A DNA stretch of 28,565 nucleotides from Catajapyx aquilonaris (lineage: Eukaryota), in NCBI GenBank assembly GCA_000934665.2, contig KZ538323.1, forward strand, positions 62,001-90,565. The letters are read 5' to 3'. Positions 1 to 10,615 of this stretch are shown here, in pieces (position 1 is the stretch's first letter; every line of letters begins with the position of its first letter). A model generated the notes under the pieces. It made no database searches. It was not told where the DNA came from and saw only the letters and a list, made by a program, of their open reading frames with translations. Made by a program: the position numbers and the translations under genes.

Positions 1-572
1 CGTGGATTTGATTCCGGAGGATGACAGGAACTTATATACCTGCCCGGAACAGCCTCGACATATGTCTGTTGCTATAGACAAGTTCAAGTATAGGTAGGTT
101 TGCCAAAATTATTATTTTTTTGGACAAATATTTATAATGAAGATTTTTTTTTTGCAGGCTTCCATATGCAGACTTGTTTGGAGGAGTCAGCGCCTTGACC
201 AAAGAGCAGTTTGAGACTGTTAATGGATTCAGCAACATGTTTTGGGGCTGGGGAGCTGAGGATGATGACATGTCCAATCGAGTTAGAAGTGCCAAATACA
301 AAATATCTAGATATCCAGCCAATGTGGCTCGATATCAGATGTTGGGTCATAATCCTGATAAGCCAAATCCAAAGAGGTTGGTCAACTTTTGTAACACACA
401 AAACTATATGAACATGCACTAAATTTTAATTATTTTCAGGTATGACTACTTGTACTCGGGTCGTAAGAGGTTCAAAACGGATGGGATCAACAGCGTGGAG
501 TATGAGCGAGTGGACTTCCTTTTGAAAAGACTGTACACGTGGGTGTATGTGAAATTACCTGAACGCAGCTGA
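1..572 (+). CDS. Beta-1,4-N-acetylgalactosaminyltransferase / beta-1,4-galactosyltransferase family (GT7, bre-4-like), copy 1, 3' part only
   Basis: Exons <1-93, 158-376, 440-572 joined by GT-AG introns give VDLIPEDDRNLYTCPEQPRHMSVAIDKFKYRLPYADLFGGVSAL...FWGWGAEDDDMSNR...RYQMLGH...DGINSVEY...LYTWVYVKLPERS*. These are hallmark GT7 motifs. Leu before FGG (equivalent to bovine B4GALT1 Tyr289) points to a UDP-GalNAc donor. The 5' part lies outside the window. Confidence 0.93.
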
Positions 573-3308
573 CCAAGGATGTTTCTCCTCTGCTGTTGGA
601 CTGACCCTAGTCTGATGGATCAGATTTTGCTAATCAATTTTTATACCGAGGTTCTATAGCCTCTGTTGTAGACTTATAGCCAGTCAGCCCCCCCTCCCGA
701 TACGACCAAAAATCTCCAACACTGCTGTGAAAAAAAAATTAAAATAAAATAAAATATTTAAAAAAAAGTCAGACGTGACTGTGATAACAGCATTCCAATA
801 TTTAGGTGGTGACTGGCCAGTTTTAATGAAGTAAAGGTATTAATAGGAAGTTGTTTGTATAGGAAAAAAAATGATTTCTGCTGCCAAATATTGTATAGGC
901 TCTGCTGGAATTTTTTAAAAAAAGGTCGAGATGTGCTTCCCATGTAGATATTGCAATTTTTTTTTTTTAAAGAGTTGTTGGGAATTTATAGCGTTATGTA
1001 ATTTTAATTAGCCTTTTACATATCATTTTTGTGTGTTAAGTTTCGTTCCATTCAAAGTGCAAAACAATGCAGCAATGGTAAAATGCTTTGGTATATGAAA
1101 ACGCATTACCTGATCTTCCACTAGACACTGTATAGTGCATAACCGCAATTGGTAATTAACTCGCATTTGCAACAATGACAACTAATAGATGCATTTTGAT
1201 GCTGATCGATAGCGTTCATTAATTATAGCTGATTGCACAAATTATGTCAGTTAATAATGTGCATATGATTTGCATAAAATATTCTGGACCTGTCAGAATA
1301 ATATATCTTGTATATGCTTCATACTTTTCTAAAACCAAGATATTGATTGCATGTGTTTGGTATGTAAATTTTACTGTGCATTTTCATGGTGGAGATGACA
1401 AATTATTATGTAAGCAAACTGCCTAAATTCACGATAGTTAATGCAGTTTAAGTAATTACGAATTCCACACGAACACTTTCATTTTCATTCATGTCAAAAA
1501 TGTATGTAATGTTTTTGTGGTGATGCGTAAGGTCTGTTTTTTTTCATCTCATTACGTTAAGTAGGCTTATGTCCTGTAAAGATTTATTTTTTTAAAATTA
1601 TGACAGAATTGGATTCGCACATTTAATTACAAATTATTCGCACTTTCAGCTGTGTTTGAAATATTACCAGGGTAATTTATCGAACTCATTGTACACAATT
1701 TGCAAATAATTTAATATGTGATTTTGCGCTTTATGTATTTGCTTATTATAATATATAATAATCATCATGGAGCATTTATTATATGGTTGTAACGTTGAAC
1801 ACGAGCAGTATGTTCAGTTGCTGCAGACAATCAGAAATGAGTTGTAGAAATTTTGTGTGCGTCTTGTTAATAACTGTCATTATATTTTGAAGGGTTGACT
1901 TATGATGCGTTTTATTTATTACGAATCAAAAGTAACCCGCAGAATTATGTAAGTACCTGTGTACATAAACATAAATGTTACAATTACTTTCGTTTCACCT
2001 GATATTGCCAAACAGTGTTGCAATAAGTCATATCGTGAGGATAATCAAAGGGAGTGGGGGTTTATTTTGTTTTTATTAGTTTTATTCGCGGCAATAATTA
2101 TGACACGATAATTATTAATTATACGTAATTTATGTAAACACAACACGCACTCTCCACACAAGTTCTCAGGGACGAGCAACGCATGGTTTTAAAATATTGC
2201 ACTATATATATTGGAAAATGTCATAACATCAATTAATACATAAATTGAATGCTTAAAAGCCATCTTGACTCGTAAAGTGCTGCCAAACTCTTTCTGTAAA
2301 GTGTACATAACGTCAAAATGTCCTGTAGTCGTATAATTGTAATATTATTAAAATAATGTTATTTCACCTTACACAGCATCACAAAAGCACATTGAGTTCT
2401 ATCTTCTGTAATCGAATTATTCCATATATTTCCAAGCGATGTAATTAATATTATAAAAGAGAGAGAACAGGTCATAGCTGTATAATAGTGAATGGTAACA
2501 AGAACGTGAGTTACTGAACTGTGCTCAATTGAAGGGGCGTAAATTAAAGGTTGTCAGATTTGGATAATAATTCCAATAAGGCTATTATTATAGGTCTTAT
2601 TTGTACATGGATTTCAAGTACGGTAGTTTGCGATGTTGCATGGCAGGAACGGCGTTTATTGGTGTTGTGATGATTTGAAGTGAAAAAAAAGAGATACTGA
2701 ACTCGTAATAAAAGTCAACAGTTTTTCTACTGTTAGATTCCCTAGTTATTTCTAAAATATTTTCTCCCCAGATGTTTAATAATTGTCCTCAAACCATTCA
2801 ATGCAAATAACTCTCTCTATATAATATTGTGCATAATACCTATACACACAATAGTGTTGGTAAGTGTAAGTGGGTATAAGAGTGTATGTACAGTACATTT
2901 GACATCTGCGTGAGGCACAGGAAAGTAGTTCATGTGAGGCCTCACTTTATCCATGATGTAATCTACCACAAGCCATTGTTTGGCCACCTTTCTGGATCGA
3001 AATTCGTCTGTTAAACAGCTGCATGTTGTGGTAATAACGTATTTTTGAGAAGCATGGTTTTAATATTCGACCGTCACTCGCCTGGAAGAGTTTAGTGATG
3101 TGGAAGTTGCATAATCTCTGCAGGAAAAGTGTTCTGAAGAATCAGACAGTGCTCAGGTAAGGATTTATTTTATTTTTACTGCCATCTGCTCTCCAGTCTA
3201 ACTTAGTTGTAAAATATTTAAATCAGATGAAGACCTAAGCGTCATATTCCGGAGCATGATGTGCATCAAAAGTATGTTCCTTCAAGAGAATTGTCCAACA
3301 TCGTGATA

Positions 3309-4626
3309 ATGGACACTTGTTTTTGCAAACATCGTTGCTACAAAATTGTCCTGGTGGCACTTCTGATCATCTCTGTTTTTCTGCACTACTTCAGCTACAG
3401 TTTCAACAACAGCATCATACACCAGCATGTTCACTCTTTTAGCAATGTATCTCTTCCATATTGTCCTCATACTTCACCACATTTGAGTAAGTACATCGAC
3501 ATTGTTTGGCTGCACCTTAGTTTAAATTAAAAAGCAAGATTATGATTGTAATGTCAAAATTATTGCAGATGGTCCTCTGAAGGTGGTTAAAACATCAATT
3601 TCAATGGAAGATCTTGAGAAACTCAATCCGCATCTGGAACCAGGTGGTCGGTTTAGGCCCAAACACTGCCGAACAAGTCACAAAGTTGCAATCATCATTC
3701 CATACAGAAACAGAGTTGAACACCTGCGCATCTTCCTGCACAACATTCATCCAATGTTACAGAGACAGCAAATTGACTACGGAATTTACATCATCGAGCA
3801 ACAAGGTATTAAAGTAATCAAACTGTAGTACCACTTTAGCAATATAGTTAACATCTTTTTGTATGTGAATAAGGAAATGGCACGTTCAACAGAGGGATGC
3901 TGATGAACATCGGGTTCGTCGAAGCTCTAAACCAGTACAGTTGGCAATGTTTCATATTTCATGACGTGGACTTGATTCCTGAGGACGATAGAAACATGTA
4001 CGTTTGTACGGAACAACCTCGACACATGTCAGTTGCTGTTGACAAGTTCAATTACATGTAAGTTAAATTGCAACATTATCACTGCAATTGAGAGCTTGAC
4101 AAATGTATGTTTCAGACTTCCATATCCAGAGTTATTTGGAGGGGTCAGTGCCATGACCAAGGGTCAGTTTGAGGCTGTGAACGGATTCAGCAACATGTTC
4201 TGGGGCTGGGGAGGAGAGGACAGCGACTTGTACAATCGAGTCATAAGCACTAATTACACACTAATCAGATATCCAGCCAAAGTGGCCAGATATAAAATGC
4301 TGCGACACAAGGAAGACACACCCAATCCAAACAGGTTCGATTTTAAACAATAAATGATTGTAGATAATATCCTCATTAATAACTAATTGTTCCGCTCAGT
4401 AATTGCCAAGTAGGCCTATACTTGGTTGTGCGACTCCTAGAAATGTTACAGGCACCTACCTAACTTAATTTTCAGGTTCAAAAACGTTCGTTTGGGCAAG
4501 AAGAGATTCAAAATGGACGGACTCAACAGCCTAAAGTACGAACAAGTGGACTTTCTCCTGAAAAGACTGTACACATGGGTTTATGTGAAACTATATGAAC
4601 ATTTTGACCCAGAATTGACCACCTGA
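3309..4626 (+). CDS. Beta-1,4-N-acetylgalactosaminyltransferase family (GT7, bre-4-like), copy 2, complete type II membrane protein
   Basis: Exons 3309-3486, 3569-3805, 3874-4057, 4116-4334, 4476-4626. N-terminal transmembrane segment (KIVLVALLIISVFLHYF), then KVAIIIPYRNR, FNRGMLMNIG, FHDVDLIP, LPYPELFGGVSAM, WGWGGEDSD and YKMLRH. The last two introns are at the same positions as in copy 1. A probable 5'UTR intron spans 3157-3226. Confidence 0.92.
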
Positions 4627-4645
4627 CATGTGCATTATTGCCTAT

Positions 4646-4651
4646 AATAAA
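4646..4651 (+). terminator. Polyadenylation signal of GT7 copy 2
   Basis: AATAAA about 20 nt after the TGA ending at 4626. Confidence 0.55.
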
Positions 4652-5110
4652 AGCATTATGCTGAAAATGAGCATAAAAATTGTGCCAAAGTTTGACACCA
4701 TTTTGAGTCCACCTGCCATAATTATGTAATAATTAAAAAAAATATTTGTCTAATTGTTGGGTACGAAACGCATTGTGTGTTGATAACAAATTCGTCCTTG
4801 CCTTTCACCCCAAGTAGCTCCCAGATAGTGAATATTTCTTCTCAAGGAGGCGCCCTGAACTCTCTCTCCAAAGAAACATTCCTACTGATAGGTGGCGTTA
4901 GAATCTAAAAATATAACTCTGAAGAGTTTTTTCCTCGCGAGTTTTCCTTCTCAACAAAAGCCAAGAAGCGCACACACACACCACCCGTGACCCTATTATC
5001 CAATTTTCCCGAGGCGGAACCGAGTGTTTGTTGTTCACCTGCCACCATTTTTTTGATACTGTGCCACATTGTCGCGAAGGTCGAGGAATTCAATTCAAGT
5101 GAGTACCAAA

Positions 5111-8100
5111 ATGGTGACCAAGGAGGATTTCGATGGGATATTTGACCATGTGTGCGGAAGGTTGAAGAAGACCGGAAGGGTCGAGTCTACGTCCATTGAG
5201 TTTGCCGGGTTGACCTCGGATGTGGATAGGGTCACTCTGGCTCGAGGATTGCTGGTTGACCTCCAGTACAAATTTCCAGTTAGGATTGAAGAGGTCAAGT
5301 CGAGTGAAGGGTCAAGCAGATGTCGTGATGCTGGAAACAAGGCGTACGAATCAAAGGATCTGGTGAAGGCTCTGGAGATGTATACATCAGGGGTCAAACT
5401 AGCACCCAGGGGGTCATCTGAACTGGGGCTAGCTCATGCCAACAGGTCAGCAGTGTTGTTCCAGATGGGCGAATACGGCCCATGTTTGAACGACATAGGG
5501 GCCGCCCTTGGGTCCGACTATCCACAGCATCTGGTATACAAGCTGCTTGATCGTAAAGCCAAATGTTTGATGGCCACTCTAGCATATCCGGAGGCTCTCA
5601 AGTGTTTAACAGAGGCTATGGAGTCAGCAAAAGTGTCCAACCTGAATCCGAAGAAGAAAAAGGCATTTCTGCAGGTAATGTGTACAATAATTATTATTTT
5701 TTAAATGTCATTATAGTTGAGCTTCCAACTTTTTTTTCATGCAGGAACTTCGAGATAGGATGAAACAATGTGAGAACAAGATGAAGGATACTGTTGCAGC
5801 AGGTGTGGATAGGAAATGTATTTTTCCTCCTCCTTTGCCACCTTTCACAGGGACTGTCAACAAGATGGTCCCAAGTGTGTCAGACTCTGTCCGATTAGAT
5901 CATAATCCTGTCCGAGGGAGACATCTTGTAGCTGCCAAAGATATCCGTCCAGGTGAATCACTAAGAGCGTTTTATTTTTATCCTCCGGAAGTACCCTGGT
6001 TTCCGCTCGACTCATATATATATTTTTTTGTACTTATTTCCACAGGAGATGTAGTACTCATTGAAAAACCGTACGTCTCGACTCTTCTGGTGGAGCATTT
6101 TAATACTCATTGTCAATACTGTTTTCAACGATGCTTGGGACCAATCCCGTGCAAGACTTGCGCAGTGGTAAGTTTATGTGTTGTGAAGGTGCGTTTTTTT
6201 TGTGAGCTGACGTTACTGTGCTTTTGCGGCTACAAAAATGTGCGAATTTTTTGGGGGGGAGATCTGGTAGTGGATGTGGTTCTGGAGCAATTTCAAGGAG
6301 ACGCCCTAAACAGGTCGAGAAGGATTGCAATATTAGCATGGGTTCAACAAACCCATGCTCATTGGCAGTTAGATGAGCTAGTGCCAAAAAGCTGCAAGAA
6401 GGGTCATGTACAGCCGAAAATTGACACCTAAAAACCAATCAGATGCATTTGCAGAATTTTATCCGTAATTTTTGAAAAATTATGCACCATCACATTTTTT
6501 AAAAAATCGCAAAAAATTCGAGAATATTATTATTGGGCAGGAGCAAAAATTAATTTGACAAATACATGTACAGTACAAATTTGCAGATTTTTTTCATTAA
6601 TTTTTGTTGGCACCAGTACTCATGTACAAAAATATGCAATCCACTACATTGATCTGGTTGCACATGGTCGTAATAAGCAATGGATGTTAAAAAAAATAAT
6701 TTAATCACAATGTCAATACGACCACGTGCGATTTCAACACCAACAATGCTTTTTTGCTGCAGAAGAAGAATGTTGTACAGAGCAACTAATAAAATAGCAT
6801 GGCTGCCAAAGCAGTAGTGTACAGTGAGGCAAGACAAGTGCTTAACAAATGTAACCCAGCTCTGCTTGTTAGCCGAGTATTTGTAATTATTTGGCTTTCA
6901 GAGTAGTTTGTATTTAATAAAGGACGCAGAGGTTACGACCGGAGAGGTGATCCTCGAGATTCAAGTCAACCAAAGTGAGTCGAAGGTCCCCCCCCCCCTC
7001 CCTCTTTTTTTCACTTTGGCACAACCCCCCCCCCTCCCCCTTGTGTCACTTACTAAAATAGAACCCATGGGCCATTAAGGGATCCATAAAAGGGTGAACA
7101 CCCTACCAAAATACTCAGCAAAACTAATCCACCGGCTGGCAACACTATATTCCTACATTTCCACTGGAACGTGTCCAATAATAACATATATGAAAATTGA
7201 AAGAAGCAGCCGCGTATATGTACTTATCAAGTACAAAAACAGCATGATTTTCTTCAATAATTGTCCTCCCAACAAACTAACATGATTTTGAATTATTATT
7301 ATTATTATTTTGGCAGGAATTTTCCTCCCACATTTAGCACTGACATCAAAATTAATTAATAGCAACCATTAAATAGGTGTGACGTCAGTGCTATCCTAAG
7401 GTTGAATATGTAATGCATTTCTTATCTGTCGCCTGGTTCAATACTTAAAAATAAGCCGGCTCACTATTTGCACGAATCAACTACTTAGTATCCGGTCCTA
7501 AAAATAATCATAAAAACAGCAGACGCGCTTCGCTGACTCTATTTTTTGCACTAATGTCCTTCGGTTCAACCGGCCCTGTTACACACTTGAAAAAAAAAAT
7601 GCTGACGATTGAATGAATGTACAGCATCATTGAATAATAATTAGCAAAATTATCCATGTTACAATTACAAATTGTAACACTGTAATTCTGGCTAAACCCC
7701 AATCGTTAATTTCGGTTAATTTAATAAACAAGTACCCGCCGAAAAAAAATTGCTAGTAACATTTGAATTGAAATCTATTTCGAATGCCTTACATATACTG
7801 TAGCCTAATTTTAGCATGAACACTTTTACTTTTCAAGCAGCGTTTTAGCTTATTTAGCACCTTTCGACAGGTATGGCTGTGTTGCCATATCTACACACAC
7901 ACAGTGGTGTCGTTTTACTAGTTTTCTTATCGGTTAGTGCAAGGCGCGTGATAATTCCAGATGTACACCATTATCATATACAGCGCTTGCAATGCTGCTA
8001 TCTGATATAGTCATTGTTAAAATCAATGTTATCGTTCGATTTTCTAAGCCTTGTACGCAGTAATATTAATTTCACATACAGTCACGTAGTTTGTCGTCAA

Positions 8101-9323
8101 ATATTTCAAATCAACAGGGTGGTACACTGACATTTTAATTTATTCAGCATACAAAATGTACACATGTCACACGTACACAACCAGAGCATGCTTAAGCAAT
8201 AATTAACATGTCATCAACTGGCTGTTGTTTTTCAGGCTCTGTTCTGCTCGGAATCCTGCAGAGTGAAAGCCTTAAATTCTTTCCATCGTCTGGAATGTCC
8301 CGTGATGTGTTCCCTGATGGCATCTGGTATGGGTCGAATGGCACAACTGTCCTACCGACTGATCACTGGCACAGGAGAGGAGTATCTGAAGCACATGTAC
8401 GCCCATCCGGAAACAATGCTTGAGGACGACGGAGTGTACCGATCGGACGACTACAAGTCCGTGTACGACCTGATGGGACACTCGGAGAAGAGGGCGGTCA
8501 GCGACCTGTTCAAACGGGCCCTGATGGCCTGCTACATGCTGGACATCCTGGAGAGAAGCACCTTCTTCACACTGGAAGACCCTGAGGACTTCAGGGTGTT
8601 CGTTGGCAGCCTTTTTCTAAGACACCTTCAGAGCCTCCCATGCAACGCACACGAGGTGTCCGACCTTGTTATTGTGGACAAGGATGTCAACGGGTCACTC
8701 TCCTGCGAGATCGGATGCGGTACATACCCGGTCATCAGCATGATGAACCACTCATGCGACCCTAATGTCACCAGGTAAACTATTAGACGATTTATTTTCA
8801 CGCAGCGTTTAATTGTGGTCCATTCAGGTACTTCCACAGCGACGTGGCGGTTGTCCAGGCCATCCAGACCATCAAAATTGGTGAAGAAATAGTGGACAAC
8901 TATGGCTACCACTTCGCAGTGGACACCAAGGAGGAACGACAGTCCAGTCTGAAGAGACAGTACTTCTTCCCATGTACCTGCGAGGCCTGCGAAGAATCCT
9001 GGCCCATGTTTCACGATCTATCAGACAAGATCAGGATCAAATGCAGCGGATGCTCTGCCCTAATGAAACGCAACAATTGCGATTCTTGTGGGTACCAGAT
9101 GGACGTGCAGTTCATCAAACAGATGCTGGAGACACAACGAGATCAGTTCAACACGATATTGCTGGAGAAGATCCAGCAAGGGAATTTGGATGCCTTGCCT
9201 TTCCTTCTCCAGCATCTGGAAATGCTGGAACGGTACAGTCCAAGACCATGCAGAGAGTACAGCAGTTGTCAGGAAGCTGTCAAGAAATGCTTTGCAATGC
9301 AAGGAAATTGCTATTGGCGATAA
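5111..9323 (+). CDS. SMYD4: SET and MYND domain-containing protein 4-like lysine methyltransferase
   Basis: Exons 5111-5674, 5745-5952, 6046-6167, 8236-8774, 8828-9323. N-terminal TPR (RDAGNKAY...ALEMYT...AHANRSAVLF), SET-N (RGRHLVAAKDIRPGDVVLIEKPY), MYND finger split by a 2-kb intron (CQYC...PIPCKTCAV|ALFCSESC...HRLEC), SET-C (MNHSCDPN...GEEIVDNYG), post-SET YFFPCTCEAC and an extra CSGC...CDSC. Arthropods have several SMYD4-type paralogues, so exact orthology is uncertain. Confidence 0.9.
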
Positions 9324-10615
9324 CAAATGTCCAATGCACACTTGCTGGAAAAGGGGCTTCTAATGATGATTATATGCACTGACAAAATTTTATAGTCGAA
9401 AAATTAGGAAAGTTTGACATGATATAGTGTGAGCTAAGCTTTGGCATTGATTAGTGTTGCCGATCAAAGCCGCTAACTTTGCTTCAGTTTGCACGCTTAT
9501 ACTTAACGTTAGAAGAGGACTTTTGACATCATTGCTGTCATGATATCAACAAAAGTGACTCCAGTCCCCAAATTAATCATTTATGACTGAGCAAAATGAC
9601 TAGTCCTAACTCAATAATGCACTGACTAACGTTATATTGAGTCATATCTTTTCTATAACATACAGAGCTTTTTTTTGCACAGGATTGCAAAACTCTGCGT
9701 ATTTTAGAAGCTATCTTAATTATGATCTATCTGCTGCTTTGCGCTTCATCGCAGCTGTCCATCTCTATGCATATATTCACAATTGTTACAGCCAGTATTC
9801 TTGCTGCATTAACAATGGCGTTAGTAAGTCAAGCAGCTGGCTTTTGCAATGTAATACATGAAGTACCGTATTTCCACTACACGTGTGCAAAAAAAGAATT
9901 ATCTGAAAACTACAGGGTATTTTCCAATTTTAAAAAAAAGTTCAAGTGTTTCACCCATATTTATTATTAGATCATACTGTTTCACCATATATTTTCTGCA
10001 ACTTCATATATACAATGTACGGTACTTTGCTCCGCTGTTTTTAACCCTGGGAATTTGCGAGTAAAGCTATACAATGCTTTTAATTACACAATATGCACCC
10101 GCCTGTCATCATTGGCCTCCTCTCCTTTTTTTTTTACAGCCGCACAGCAACGTTAACTTTTCAAAAAACGTAACATCCGATTGAACAATAAGGAATCGGA
10201 AACAAAAGCGGTTATGCCAGTTGGTGCTCCGCTGCAGAAACTCATTTTGCATATATGTTAAAATATTTTAAACTCGACGCAAGCAGGTTCATTCCGACGT
10301 GAAGCTTCAACAAGGACGCATCAGGTAGGTTAATACCTTTTTTTTTTGACCTTCACACTTATTTTTTTTATTACACTATGTCCTGTCGCATCCCACTTTT
10401 TTATATAGTGACATAGTAGACAGTCCGACAACATCGCTTTTTTGTACACAACCAGATACAGGGAAGGTTAAGTGTCTCGAGCCAGGATTGGTTGCTTGGC
10501 CGGCCTTTTATTCATCAGATAGTGTCGCTCAAAAAACATGTGAGTAACACACTCGCAATGTGCAGCTCGACCTCTTAACAACTTCAATAATATTTGTCTC
10601 CTAGTCTCGAAAGCA

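Noticed and set aside
6168..6431. C-terminal extension of ORF 5739-6431
   Set aside because: Read-through into intron 3. The MYND finger continues at 8236 after the GTG|GTAAGT donor.
7050..7070. TACTAAAATAGAAC (and CAGGATGACAC at about 15123) resembling U6 snRNA fragments
   Set aside because: Short isolated matches, with no ACAGAGA box or continuous homology.
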